46,526 nucleotides of DNA from Candidatus Aenigmatarchaeota archaeon (GCA_043801595.1 JAZDLW010000005.1:1-46526); one strand, 5' to 3'. Numbered from the stretch's first letter, positions 9,690 through 20,021 are shown. Program-made: numbers and translations. The notes: generated by a model not told the origin, from the sequence alone.

Positions 9690-10801
9690 GTATGGACTAC
9701 TTTTAGGTGTGGTATCTTAAGCAGGCTTTTGTTTTCCAATATAGCGGAAACTATTCTTTTTGCGGATTTTCCGTCGCCGTACGGATTTTTGTAAATAGCG
9801 GGTTTCTTTTTGAGCAGTTTGTCCGCAAGATTAAGCACATTTTTCTTGTCATATCCGGATATGTACAACGGCGCCTTCCATATCTTGTTAAGATCGAAGT
9901 TGTCATGGTACATTATCGTAGGCTTGTTGAACACCAACGCCTCACGCGGCACTCCTCCCGAATCTGTGATAACCAGGTCCGACGCCGCAATGAGGGATAT
10001 AAATTCTAGATAAGGCTGCGGGCCGATTATGTTAAGATTCTGCGAAACCTTAATTTCGATTTTGTTTTTCTCCAGCCGTTTCCTGAATCTCGGATGCATT
10101 GGAAATACAATTATGTTGTCCTTCGACAATTCTTCCAATATTTCTATGATTTTTTTCAGGCTGTTCACGTCGTCTACATTCTCCTGTCTGTGGAAAGTCG
10201 TGAGCACGACTTTTTTTCCGTTTTTGGATACGCCAAACTTGCCCAGAATACCTTTGATGACCGTGTCCCTGTACTTGTAAACCATGTCGAATTTCGTGTT
10301 TCCAACCACGAAAACCCTCTTTTTTTCGATGCCTTCGCGCAAAAGATATTTTTTCATCTCTTCGCCTTCGCAGAACAGCATCTGCGAAACGTGATCGATC
10401 ATTGTCCTGTATATTTCTTCTGTGCGTTCAAGGTCGAATGTTCGGTTTCCGGCCTCGATGTGTATTACGGGTATTTTTAGTTTCAGCGATGCTATGCACG
10501 CGGCAAGGGGCGTCATCGGATCGGCGAATACCATCGTAGCGTCCGGTTTTATCTTCCTGAAAACATCGGTAAATTTTTGCAACGCGTCCCCGAACTGCTG
10601 GAATTCGTTTCCCCGCACTATATCAAGGAAATAATCCGGCTCTTTTATCGCTATGCCAAAGAATACCTTGGCCATTTCAAAATCGTAATGTTGCCCGCTA
10701 TGTATGACGCAATGACCCACTTTTTTGTTTCGTAACTCTTCTACAATGGGCGTGGCCATAATGATTTCCGGCCTCGTTCCAAGGACAACAGCAATCTTCA
10801 T
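9686..10801 (-). CDS. wecB: Non-hydrolysing UDP-GlcNAc 2-epimerase family (WecB/WbpI-like, divergent)
   Basis: GTRPE, SGQHYD, HIEAG.R, HRQEN, TDSGG, NPYGDG.SA.RI. Confidence 0.85.
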   Translation of the reverse strand: MKIAVVLGTRPEIIMATPIVEELRNKKVGHCVIHSGQHYDFEMAKVFFGIAIKEPDYFLDIVRGNEFQQFGDALQKFTDVFRKIKPDATMVFADPMTPLAACIASLKLKIPVIHIEAGNRTFDLERTEEIYRTMIDHVSQMLFCEGEEMKKYLLREGIEKKRVFVVGNTKFDMVYKYRDTVIKGILGKFGVSKNGKKVVLTTFHRQENVDDVNSLKKIIEILEELSKDNIIVFPMHPRFRKRLEKNKIEIKVSQNLNIIGPQPYLEFISLIAASDLVITDSGGVPREALVFNKPTIMYHDNFDLNKIWKAPLYISGYDKKNVLNLADKLLKKKPAIYKNPYGDGKSAKRIVSAILENKSLLKIPHLKVVHT

Positions 10802-11520
10802 CTTCTTCCCGTTCTCATTGTGTAAATGAACATCATATGTCTCTTTATCGTGTTGATAATGTTCATTTTTGACTTTCGGCCTTTCTTAGCCCTATACTTT
10901 ACTCCAACCTCGACTATTTTAAATCCGCGCATTTTCGCGTCTATCGCAGACTCGGAAACGCCTTCGAACCTATCAAACTTTATTTTTACGGATTTGGCCG
11001 CCTTCTTTTTCCAGACCCTGAAAATGCACGTAGGTGTGGAGAAATTCAGCCCGAAAATCACGCCATCGAGTTTATTCGCTGCCTTGCTGAGTATTTTTCT
11101 CAGCATCGGAACCTCGGAATCGTCGCCGCCTTTCGCGAATGGGGTTCCTATCACAATGTCCGCGTCCGTCTCTTCCATTTTTTCAAGCAGCTTCAATATA
11201 TCTTCGGGCGCATATGTCAGGTCGCTGTCCGTGGTTATGACCAGGTCTCCGTTCGCCGCCTTCAGGCCAGTCCGCAGGGCTGCGCCGACGCCTTTGTTGA
11301 TTCCGTGTTCGACAAGCCTTATTGTGCAAATCTTCCTTTTGGCCGACCTTATCACAGCAGCAGTATTGTCAGACGACCCGTCGTCGACAGCGACTATCTC
11401 ATATCTTCCCAGTCGGACCTTGTTTATTGCAAGAAAATCATTTATTTTTTTGAGCGATTCTTTGGCCGATGAGCCTTCGTTATAAAAAGGGACAACAACG
11501 CTTATCATCGGATCACGCAC
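10798..11520 (-). CDS. GT2 glycosyltransferase, DPM1-like (polyprenol-phosphate sugar synthase)
   Basis: VVPFYNE, VDDGSSD.T, NKG.G.A..TG, DSD motif. Confidence 0.85.
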   Translation of the reverse strand: MRDPMISVVVPFYNEGSSAKESLKKINDFLAINKVRLGRYEIVAVDDGSSDNTAAVIRSAKRKICTIRLVEHGINKGVGAALRTGLKAANGDLVITTDSDLTYAPEDILKLLEKMEETDADIVIGTPFAKGGDDSEVPMLRKILSKAANKLDGVIFGLNFSTPTCIFRVWKKKAAKSVKIKFDRFEGVSESAIDAKMRGFKIVEVGVKYRAKKGRKSKMNIINTIKRHMMFIYTMRTGRR

Positions 11521-11558
11521 GATAGATTATTATTAAATCCACCTGATTAATATTAGCT

Positions 11559-13046
11559 ATGACCTCTTGGCGCGAAGATGCGTGCGTATTCATCGGTGTG
11601 TTCCTGCTATGTTTTGCCTTTTTGGCAAGCAGTGTGAATGTCTTCGATTTCTTTGCCTATTACGACTACATGCAAAAATCCGTAAATTTTGATTTTTTCG
11701 GGGCTGCCCAAAACGCGTTCGGGGTGTGGGGAGGCGGGGCGGGAGGGTTCAGCCGTTCAAGCTTCTATGTTTTATTGTCATATCCGTTTGCGTTCGCGTT
11801 GGAATCGTTAGGTTTGGACGTGGCGTTCTCGCTCAACATGTTCTCAGCGATAATGATCGCAGTAAGCGCCGTGTTCGTGCGCCGCAGCGTGTCGTTGCTG
11901 TTCGACAGCAAGCTGGCCAACTTTTCAACTCTGGTATATATTATCCTGCCGTGGGTTTTGTTCAACGGAATAAACGCGACGCTTTCCTCAATGCAACTCG
12001 CAGTAACGTCTGCATGGCTTTACCTTGTCCTGAAATACAGGACGAAAAAGGAACCGAGTTACGCTTATGCTGCCAGCGGTTTGCTTGTGCTGGATGTATT
12101 AACTCACTTGATTTCTTTGCCGCTCGCACTTCCACATATGTACGTGCTTCTGAAAGGCAAAAGAAAACCCGTTTTCATGCTAAAAAATCTGCTTATCCTG
12201 TCCCCAGCCGGCTTGGCTTTCGTATATTTCAATTTTTTCAACAGGGCGTATTCCGCCAGTTTTTCCCTGAATAAATTCGTATTCTCTTCGCTTCTCGTTT
12301 CGTGGGAATTCGTAAACGCGCTTTCGTTCCCTGTGTTTGCATTGTCGCTGTTTTCTCTCGCGGCGTTTTTGCTCGGAAAATACAAAAAATCGTTGTTTCA
12401 CGACATATTTTTGCTCGCATTTATCGCAACAATACCGACAATGCTGATATTCCATTATGTTCCTATGGCGAATTTCAACTCGATTTTCGTATTCATTCCG
12501 TTATTGGTCGCACATGTGTTCAGGAATGCCAAAAAACCGCTGGTTGTCGGTTTGGTGGTCATCGGATTAATCCTCCTTAAGACAGTGCCGATGGCCTACG
12601 ATTTTCATTATTACCCGCACCCTCACACCGAATACGTTAAATGGCTCGGATCCGTGATCGGCGATAATTACGTTCTCGTAGGACACGAATGTGCTGCCGC
12701 ACGCGTATACATTCCCGGCAGGGCCGTGTGCATCGGAGAGGAAAATAACATGACACCGGATAAAAAAGTGTTTCTCACATCGCAGTACGTAGAGAACGAA
12801 AACCAGCTTGAACTCGGTTACGCTGCAAAGCTTCTGAAAATAAGCTCCGCAAACCTGGGAATAGGAAAACCGTCCTTCCTCGATGCAAAAAACTACACCT
12901 TCTACGCTTCTTTCACAGGCAACATTCGACCTGTCGAGGACCATTACGAGTGGCTGTACAGCGTTTATCCGAACCCGCTATACAACCTGTTCTTTTACAG
13001 CGCCCTGCCAACGCCAAGGTACGACCTTTACGTTCTAAACCAATGA
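11559..13046 (+). CDS. Polytopic membrane protein, putative GT-C glycosyltransferase
   Basis: ~10 TM helices plus C-terminal soluble domain; divergent from a DPM1-like GT2. Confidence 0.5.
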   Translation: MTSWREDACVFIGVFLLCFAFLASSVNVFDFFAYYDYMQKSVNFDFFGAAQNAFGVWGGGAGGFSRSSFYVLLSYPFAFALESLGLDVAFSLNMFSAIMIAVSAVFVRRSVSLLFDSKLANFSTLVYIILPWVLFNGINATLSSMQLAVTSAWLYLVLKYRTKKEPSYAYAASGLLVLDVLTHLISLPLALPHMYVLLKGKRKPVFMLKNLLILSPAGLAFVYFNFFNRAYSASFSLNKFVFSSLLVSWEFVNALSFPVFALSLFSLAAFLLGKYKKSLFHDIFLLAFIATIPTMLIFHYVPMANFNSIFVFIPLLVAHVFRNAKKPLVVGLVVIGLILLKTVPMAYDFHYYPHPHTEYVKWLGSVIGDNYVLVGHECAAARVYIPGRAVCIGEENNMTPDKKVFLTSQYVENENQLELGYAAKLLKISSANLGIGKPSFLDAKNYTFYASFTGNIRPVEDHYEWLYSVYPNPLYNLFFYSALPTPRYDLYVLNQ

Positions 13047-13075
13047 TTTAAAACCGGAAATACGATACTAAGATA

Positions 13076-14119
13076 ATGATACAGATATCAAAGCCTATCA
13101 TAGGGAAAGAAGAGATCGATGCTGTTATTTCGGTTCTCGAGTCTGGGATTTTAACGCAAGGCAAGCTTGTGGGAAAATTCGAGGATTCGCTGCGAAAATA
13201 CTGCGGTTATCGTTATGCGATAGCCGTTAACAGCGGAACTGCTGCACTTCACATCGGTGCAATCGCGTTAAACGTAAACGGAAATTTCGCTGTTCCTGAC
13301 TTCACGTTCGCTGCAACCGCCGGCTCGGTAAAACTGTCTGGCAACATGCCCATATTCTTTGACGTAAACGAAAAAACATTCAACATGGATTTCTCCAGAC
13401 TACGGCAAGGAAAATTCGTCGCGACAATACCCGTGTCCTTGTTCGGCCAGCCGTACGATGTCGATGAAATGACTGCGATACGAAAAGAAAGCGGGATCAA
13501 AGTGATCTCCGACAACGCCCAATCATTGGGAACTGAGTGGCGCGGAAAGAAAAATTTCGGCGATGACATCGCAATATTATCGTTCTATCCGACAAAAAAC
13601 ATAACTACGACCGAAGGCGGAGCGATACTTACCGACAACAAAGAACTGGCGGAAACTTGTGCATCGTTGCGAAACCATGGTCAAAAGGAAAAATATTCGT
13701 ACGAACGCGTGGGCTTTAATTATCGTATGACCGAGATCGCCGCGGCAATAGGGCTGGAACAGATAAAAAAACTGGAAGGCTTCATCGAAAAGCGCATTCG
13801 AAACGCAAAAATGCTGACCGAACTTCTCGAAAACTCTGTAGAAACGCCTTTTATTGATCAACGCTGCCGCCATGTATTCAACCAGTACACGATAAAAACC
13901 GACAAACGCGATGCCGTAATAAAAAATATGACTGCAAACGGCATAGGTTATGGCATTTATTATCCGAGCCCTCTGCACTCGCAGAAGGCGTTTTCTTCGG
14001 ACTCCGAGTGTCCTGTAACAGATAAATTATGTAAAAAGGTTTTATCGCTGCCTGTACATCCATCGCTTACGGAGGATGATATCCAAAAAATAGCCGAAAC
14101 TGTCAGAAAAAGCGCGTGA
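13076..14119 (+). CDS. DegT/DnrJ/EryC1/StrS PLP aminotransferase (WbpE-like)
   Basis: NSGTAALH, SFYPTKN.TT.EGG (PLP lysine), GFNYRM, LSLPVHP. Confidence 0.92.
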   Translation: MIQISKPIIGKEEIDAVISVLESGILTQGKLVGKFEDSLRKYCGYRYAIAVNSGTAALHIGAIALNVNGNFAVPDFTFAATAGSVKLSGNMPIFFDVNEKTFNMDFSRLRQGKFVATIPVSLFGQPYDVDEMTAIRKESGIKVISDNAQSLGTEWRGKKNFGDDIAILSFYPTKNITTTEGGAILTDNKELAETCASLRNHGQKEKYSYERVGFNYRMTEIAAAIGLEQIKKLEGFIEKRIRNAKMLTELLENSVETPFIDQRCRHVFNQYTIKTDKRDAVIKNMTANGIGYGIYYPSPLHSQKAFSSDSECPVTDKLCKKVLSLPVHPSLTEDDIQKIAETVRKSA

Positions 14120-14181
14120 TTTATAAGCCGCGCGACGCTACTTATTTAAATCTTAGCGTAAATTTATGTCATTGTGATACC

Positions 14182-15147
14182 ATGCCTTCGGCAAGTTCAA
14201 GATTCATACTAGGTGAAAACGCCCAGACGCCTTCTTACAGAGACTCGGAACTAAGACTCGGTTATCTTACGGATATGATCTTTATCAATGACGGCTTTGG
14301 TTTGTCTCTCGATAAAGTGACGATGGCGCGTATCCCTAACTCGAGGAAAATAGATCCAGACATCGAGGCGCGAATAACATCGCAATGGAAAGCGGAAACC
14401 GATAAAAATCCGAATGCGCACGACGCTCCGCGGGCGAGATTCGAAGGGTCGATGTTCGACACAAACACCGGACGCTTGTTGGTGAATTGGAGCGAGGAAA
14501 AATACAGCACGCACAATTCTGTCAGAAACCTTAATGTCGGCAAGGCTTACCAGGCAAACCTATGGACAATAAACGCCATTCTTCTGCCCGGCGACAAAAA
14601 GCTTCCGATAGGTTTAAGAAATCCTGAAACAACTGATCAAGGCCCGATAAAGCATTTGACGCCTGTCGGATTCGTAGACATTGTAAAGAAACCCGTATAC
14701 GGCAAAGGTGGAACTGTTGTAAGTGAAATGTATGGTGTTGAAAGTATAGCTGACGCTGTTTCAAGAAGGCTGCACGATGAGTGGGATGTTCCCGAAGGTG
14801 CGTTCGACCAGTCGAAAATGAAGTTGATGGGCATCGTATACAACTCGCACAAGAATTTTGATTACGATGCCGCCATTTTGGTGCCGTTGGACTGCTACTC
14901 TGAACAATTGAAATCAAAACAGTTGAGAAGCGCAAACCCGAAGGGAAAATACGACGCAGTCGAACTGGTCGATATGAGTAAATCCTCGCTTAGTTCACTG
15001 TTGTACGAATTCGCACTCTCGCCGGACAAAAGTTCCGGCCATATGCGCGGTGACATGGCTTTAACCATAGGCGCATTGCACGGCGGCGAGGAAGCGTACT
15101 TGGATGCGCTTGAAAACACGCTTCTCAGGCTTGCAAAGCTGAGATAA
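14182..15147 (+). CDS. Hypothetical protein, probable NUDT22-like Nudix-fold hydrolase
   Basis: I...W......P...DAP..R N-terminal motif and a degenerate Nudix box (P.GFVD...SIADAVSRRLHDEWDV). ATG at 14182 preferred. Confidence 0.5.
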   Translation: MPSASSRFILGENAQTPSYRDSELRLGYLTDMIFINDGFGLSLDKVTMARIPNSRKIDPDIEARITSQWKAETDKNPNAHDAPRARFEGSMFDTNTGRLLVNWSEEKYSTHNSVRNLNVGKAYQANLWTINAILLPGDKKLPIGLRNPETTDQGPIKHLTPVGFVDIVKKPVYGKGGTVVSEMYGVESIADAVSRRLHDEWDVPEGAFDQSKMKLMGIVYNSHKNFDYDAAILVPLDCYSEQLKSKQLRSANPKGKYDAVELVDMSKSSLSSLLYEFALSPDKSSGHMRGDMALTIGALHGGEEAYLDALENTLLRLAKLR

Positions 15148-15210
15148 CTATTTATTCAGCAGTTATACCAGAACCGTCTTTATTAGCACACCGTGAAAAA
15201 TACAATTAAT

Positions 15211-16305
15211 ATGAAAATCCTTCATGTGTGCAACCATTTTTACCCGAATGTCGGCGGAATTGAAACTTACGTGAAGGAACTGTCGAAAAATCTTATCAAG
15301 CTCGGCCACACAAGTGATGTGCTTTGCCTTGATAAAAAATATAACAACAGAAAACTGCCTGCAAAAGAACTCATCGACGGGATAAAAGTGATGCGCACCG
15401 GATGTGTCGATCTTAAGTTCTACAAGCTCGCGCCGCAGGTCTTGCGCTACGTAAAAGACTACGACATCGTGCACGTGCATGCCGCAGGCTTTTTCTCCGA
15501 TTTTTTATCCATAACAAAACCTCTTCACAAAAAGAAGCTTGTTTTGTCCACGCACGGCGGGATATTTCACACAAAAAGAATGATGCCTGTGAAGAATCTT
15601 TACTTCTTTTCGTGGGAAAAACAAATGCTGAAAAATTTCGACCGGATATTCGCGCACAGCATAAACGATAAAGATCTGTTCGCCCGCATCGCGCCGCTGA
15701 ATAAGATTGACTTCATCCCGTATTCAATTTACTTCAGGGACTATCAGGTTCCCAGAAGGGCGGAGAAAAATTCGATGTTATTCGTTGGTCGAATTGGAAA
15801 GAACAAGAGAATAGACCGGCTTATTCGTGTATTAAAGACTGTTTCCAACAAAATCAAAGACGCCAAACTCGTGCTCGTCGGCGGGTATCTGGACGACTAC
15901 AAAGAACTTTCCAGTATGGCGAAAAGGCTGGGCGTCGAAAAAAACGTGATCTCAGTGGGACCGAAATACGGCAAAGGCCTGATAAAATTTTATGCATCGT
16001 CGCACATATTCGTATCGGCTGCAGAGTACGAAGGTTTTGGAATATCGGTTTTGGAGGCGATGGCTTCGGGTTGTCCTGTTGTTGTAAATGACATAAAGGC
16101 TTTCCGCAATTTCGTAACAAACGGCAAAAATGGTTACATTGTTGACTTCGAAAACACGGAAAAGGCTGCGGAAAACATAATCCGCGTACTGCGATCGGAT
16201 CTGTCATCAGTATCAAAAAACGCAAGAACATGCGCAAAACAATACGACTGGTCAACGGGCGTAAACCGCGCGCTCTCGGAATACAAAAAACTTTTTAAAA
16301 GGTAA
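15211..16305 (+). CDS. GT4 glycosyltransferase
   Basis: FYP.VGGIE, FVGRI..NK, YEGFGISVLEAMASG. Confidence 0.92.
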   Translation: MKILHVCNHFYPNVGGIETYVKELSKNLIKLGHTSDVLCLDKKYNNRKLPAKELIDGIKVMRTGCVDLKFYKLAPQVLRYVKDYDIVHVHAAGFFSDFLSITKPLHKKKLVLSTHGGIFHTKRMMPVKNLYFFSWEKQMLKNFDRIFAHSINDKDLFARIAPLNKIDFIPYSIYFRDYQVPRRAEKNSMLFVGRIGKNKRIDRLIRVLKTVSNKIKDAKLVLVGGYLDDYKELSSMAKRLGVEKNVISVGPKYGKGLIKFYASSHIFVSAAEYEGFGISVLEAMASGCPVVVNDIKAFRNFVTNGKNGYIVDFENTEKAAENIIRVLRSDLSSVSKNARTCAKQYDWSTGVNRALSEYKKLFKR

Positions 16306-16336
16306 TTGCCGAGATAATAAGAGTGTGAAAAGTAGA

Positions 16337-16915
16337 ATGAAAGAACGATTCATACCATTTGGAGAGCAGCAACTGAAGCGATATGAAATAATCAACCGGT
16401 ATTTAAAGGGCAAAATTGTCTTGAATGTTGGGTCTTCGTGGGGAAACTTCAACAAATATTTGAAAAGCACCAACAGGCTGAGAACTATCGTCGGTGTCGA
16501 TGTTTGCGGTAATCCGGACATCGAACATGACCTAAATGTCTTCCCTTATCCAATTAAGGACAAGAATTTCGATACGGTTGTGGCTGGAGATATAATCGAA
16601 CACCTCTTACACCCCCACAGTTTCTTTCATGAATGCCATAGAATTCTGAAACCCGGTGGTCGTCTTATCCTCACCACCTCAAATGCCACGTCGCTGTACT
16701 ACATCATGAATCCGAACACCTGCGGCTTTGGAAAGAATCCGCACGTTTACGCATGGACAATCCCCATGCTGGAAAAACACATTGAAAAGGCCGGCTTTCG
16801 TGTTATTGATAGCGGGCTGATAACCTGTCATTGGAATCTCAATATACTCGCGCGAATGTTGTGTGCCTTGGTTCCAAACCTCAAAACCGAGATAATAATG
16901 GTGTGTGAAAAATAA
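16337..16915 (+). CDS. Class I SAM-dependent methyltransferase (Methyltransf_11/23-like)
   Basis: VLNVGS..G, FDTVVAGDIIEHL, RILKPGG.L..TT.N. Confidence 0.85.
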   Translation: MKERFIPFGEQQLKRYEIINRYLKGKIVLNVGSSWGNFNKYLKSTNRLRTIVGVDVCGNPDIEHDLNVFPYPIKDKNFDTVVAGDIIEHLLHPHSFFHECHRILKPGGRLILTTSNATSLYYIMNPNTCGFGKNPHVYAWTIPMLEKHIEKAGFRVIDSGLITCHWNLNILARMLCALVPNLKTEIIMVCEK

Positions 16916-16916
16916 G

Positions 16917-17729
16917 ATGACAAAAGCAAAACCGCTCATATCGGTTATAATTCCGGCGTACAACGAAGAGGAAGGCATCAAAGGCCTGCTATCCGATTTG
17001 GAGAGGCAAACGTACAAAAAATTCGAGGTAATTGTTGTCGACGACAAGTCTACGGACAACACGATTGCGGTTGCAAAAGAATTCGGCGCCAAGGTGATCG
17101 TGTCCGGAAGACATAACCTGTCATATTCAAGAAACCTCGGTATCAGGAATTCGGAAGGCGCGATAATCGTCAACATGGACGCAGATTATCGTGTGAACAA
17201 AACCTTCATTGAAGGTATTGCCGAATCTTTCGACGACCCCTTGGTGCAGGGTGTTAAAGTACGGGAGATTTTGGTGCAGGACACGCTGACTGAGAAAATA
17301 GATTACCTCAGGACATTCTACAAATATGGCGGATACACAATAGCGATACGCGTTTTCAGGCGCGGAATATTCTCCGACGAGACGCTGACATGTTTCGGCG
17401 AAGATATCGCAATGAACAAGAAAATAACCGGGAAAATTGCATTGTGTAAGAAAGCGCTGATAAAGCATCATCGTTTCCACTCGTTCGGCGAGATGGCAAG
17501 GTCGTGGAGAAAATATCCGACCGGCTGGCAGTACTACAGGAAATACGAGAAGCCTATAGCGATATTGAAATGGTTTATTCCGTTTTTCTACCCGTTCGCA
17601 TCGCCGTTCATAGCTATCCACCGATTGATCAAGTTCCGCGATCCGGTCGCGCTTCTGATACCCGTGTACGACACGGTGAGGACAATCGCATACATTGAAG
17701 GAGCAGTAAGGATGGTGCTTAAACGATGA
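16917..17729 (+). CDS. GT2 glycosyltransferase
   Basis: ISVIIPAYNEE, VVDD.STD.T, RNLG, DAD; hydrophobic C-terminus. Confidence 0.9.
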   Translation: MTKAKPLISVIIPAYNEEEGIKGLLSDLERQTYKKFEVIVVDDKSTDNTIAVAKEFGAKVIVSGRHNLSYSRNLGIRNSEGAIIVNMDADYRVNKTFIEGIAESFDDPLVQGVKVREILVQDTLTEKIDYLRTFYKYGGYTIAIRVFRRGIFSDETLTCFGEDIAMNKKITGKIALCKKALIKHHRFHSFGEMARSWRKYPTGWQYYRKYEKPIAILKWFIPFFYPFASPFIAIHRLIKFRDPVALLIPVYDTVRTIAYIEGAVRMVLKR

Positions 17730-19141
17730 AGCTCGCTTTGGTGAGTTTAAACCAGGAAAGCATCGACGCGCCATTCGGACTGTGTTATCTCGCATCCTAT
17801 CTGCGGAAATACCTAGGCTTCAACAACACCATAATCATAGACCGCGAAGACCCGATAAAGCGTATACGCAAAGAAAAACCCGACGTAGTCGGAATAAGCG
17901 CGACGAGCATTTTTTTCACGCAGGCGAACGAGCTTGCAGCGAAGATAAAGACGGAATTCGACGTGCCGATAATGATCGGCGGCGTCCACATAACGTCGCT
18001 GCCCAACCAGTTTGAAAAATCGAATTTCGACATTGCGGTTCTGGGCGAAGGCGAACAAACGCTCCTCGAGCTTGTGCGCACCTTTGAGAAAACCGGTTTT
18101 GTTGCCGAGGAATTAAAAAAAATAAACGGAATAATGTTCCGCAATAACGGTTCAGTCGAACGCACGCCACCCAGAGCGTTTATCACGCCGCTGGACAACA
18201 TACCGTATCCTGCGCGGGACCTGCTGGATATGGACAAATACCTCCTTCCGCGTTCGTCCCTGTTCCGCGGCGAACTTGTCGTTGCTGCAGGCATACTTAC
18301 ATCGCGCGGCTGCCCGTACAACTGCGTTTTCTGCGCATCGAAATTCTGGCAACGGGTAATGCGCCTTCATTCCGCTGAATACATTGTGGGAGAACTGAAA
18401 GATCTCATCGAAAAATACAAAATCGACCACGCAATAATCTGGGATGATCTTTTTGTTGTAAACAGGAAGCGTATAGAAGATCTCCACAGCCTTATGAAAT
18501 CCGAAGGAATACTCGACAAGATAGATTTCATAGCAAACGGCCGCGCCAATACCATGGACGAGCCAATATGTAAAATGCTGAGCGAGATGAATGTCAAGAT
18601 CATATCGCTTGGTATAGAATCCGGATCCCCGAGCATACTAAAATACCTGAAACAAGGCTCCACGACTATTGAGCAGAACAAAAACGTCATAGCAATGTGC
18701 AACAAGTTCGGCATAAAGGTGAACGGGTTTTTCATAATGGGCGCGCCCATGGAGACTGAAGCGGATTTGCAAATGACAATGGACTTTATAAAAAACAACA
18801 ACCTGGACTCGCTCTCCGTGTTTCAGCTCGTTCCATTTCCGAACACGGAAATATGGAACTACGCCAAATCGAAAGGTTTGGTCAATGAAGAAATGACAGA
18901 CTTCAGTTACGCGCAGCTTGTTAAGCCCGAGTTTAAACCGAACATGGCAATGAACGAAAATCTTGATGTTGAAACCCTCAAAAAGTGGTATTTCGCATTC
19001 CAAGAAGAGGTCGATAAAAAAGCCTACAACAAGTTCAACTTCAGGATGCGATATCTGAAATATTTATTGAACCCGAACTTCCTGTCAAAAGTCATTGAAA
19101 GGCGCGGAAATATCGTGAAATACCTAAAATTTGGTAAGTAG
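17726..19141 (+). CDS. Cobalamin-binding-domain radical SAM protein
   Basis: N-terminal B12-binding domain (P.GL.YLA, PDVVGIS, IGGVH, GEGE); TSRGCPYNCVFC (CxxxCxxC); G.ESG. Confidence 0.92.
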   Translation: MKLALVSLNQESIDAPFGLCYLASYLRKYLGFNNTIIIDREDPIKRIRKEKPDVVGISATSIFFTQANELAAKIKTEFDVPIMIGGVHITSLPNQFEKSNFDIAVLGEGEQTLLELVRTFEKTGFVAEELKKINGIMFRNNGSVERTPPRAFITPLDNIPYPARDLLDMDKYLLPRSSLFRGELVVAAGILTSRGCPYNCVFCASKFWQRVMRLHSAEYIVGELKDLIEKYKIDHAIIWDDLFVVNRKRIEDLHSLMKSEGILDKIDFIANGRANTMDEPICKMLSEMNVKIISLGIESGSPSILKYLKQGSTTIEQNKNVIAMCNKFGIKVNGFFIMGAPMETEADLQMTMDFIKNNNLDSLSVFQLVPFPNTEIWNYAKSKGLVNEEMTDFSYAQLVKPEFKPNMAMNENLDVETLKKWYFAFQEEVDKKAYNKFNFRMRYLKYLLNPNFLSKVIERRGNIVKYLKFGK

Positions 19142-19142
19142 A

Positions 19143-19775
19143 ATGAACGACGAAAACCCCAACGAATTTGAAGAGATATACTCGGACTACGATCTGCATC
19201 TCAAAGATAAAACCACAGTCGTAAAGGCGAACATGTCCAAAAATTATCTTAAACCGAAAAGCAGGGTTTTAATTCTCGGGTGCGGACCCTGTTTCGAAGG
19301 CAAGGTCTTCAGGAACGCCGGCCATTATGTTGTCGGCGTTGACGTGAGCGACAGGTTCGTCGATGACCATAAAGATAATTTCGACGAGTTCATAAAGGCT
19401 GATGTGTCGCAAAAATTCTCGTTCGATCCGGAATCGTTCGACGCAGTGATCGCATTCGAACTGATAGAGCATCTTGGATTCGTAAACAATTTCATAGCAG
19501 AATGCAACCGCGTACTCAAGAAAAACGGCGTGCTGATTTTGTCAACGCCCTCCCAAAGCTACTGGAAAACACGGTTAAACCTGTTGTTCGGAAACGACAT
19601 ATTGTCCGACATACATCCCCGAACATTCACTCCGCGTTCGCTAGCTGGGAAGCTGGAAAAACTTTTCGTTGTGAAGAAGATGTTCGGAATCGGCGCGTTC
19701 GGATTCGCGTTGAGTGTGCGTTTTCCATTAATAAGCCTGTGCGGCGACTTTATCGCTGTCTGCGAGAAACGTTAG
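19143..19775 (+). CDS. Class I SAM-dependent methyltransferase
   Basis: VLILGCG, SFDAVIAFELIEHL, RVLK.NG.LILSTP. Confidence 0.85.
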   Translation: MNDENPNEFEEIYSDYDLHLKDKTTVVKANMSKNYLKPKSRVLILGCGPCFEGKVFRNAGHYVVGVDVSDRFVDDHKDNFDEFIKADVSQKFSFDPESFDAVIAFELIEHLGFVNNFIAECNRVLKKNGVLILSTPSQSYWKTRLNLLFGNDILSDIHPRTFTPRSLAGKLEKLFVVKKMFGIGAFGFALSVRFPLISLCGDFIAVCEKR

Positions 19776-20020
19776 CCGCCGATCATCACTGATACGCCGA
19801 TCTCTTCCTTGCCCTTTTTCGCCAGCTCATTCGCGGAGAAAAAGTTTGCTGTGGACGCGGTTATCCCGACCAGATCAGGTTTTTCTTTTTTCAGCCTCTT
19901 CATTTCGTCTTCTTTGTCGACTAAACCAATGCATTTCTTCAGGTATAACGCTATGTAGCACAAGCCCAACAACGGGTCTATTGTTATTTTGTACGTGCTG
20001 GCCAAGACGAGTTTCATCAA
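19772..20020 (-). pseudogene. N-terminal remnant of a B12-binding radical SAM paralog
   Basis: The 82 aa align with residues ~1-86 of 17726..19141 (LGLCYIALYLKK / FGLCYLASYLRK; KEKPDLVGI / KEKPDVVGI; ANELA; MIGG), then stop; no CxxxCxxC. Confidence 0.75.
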
Positions 20021-20021
20021 A

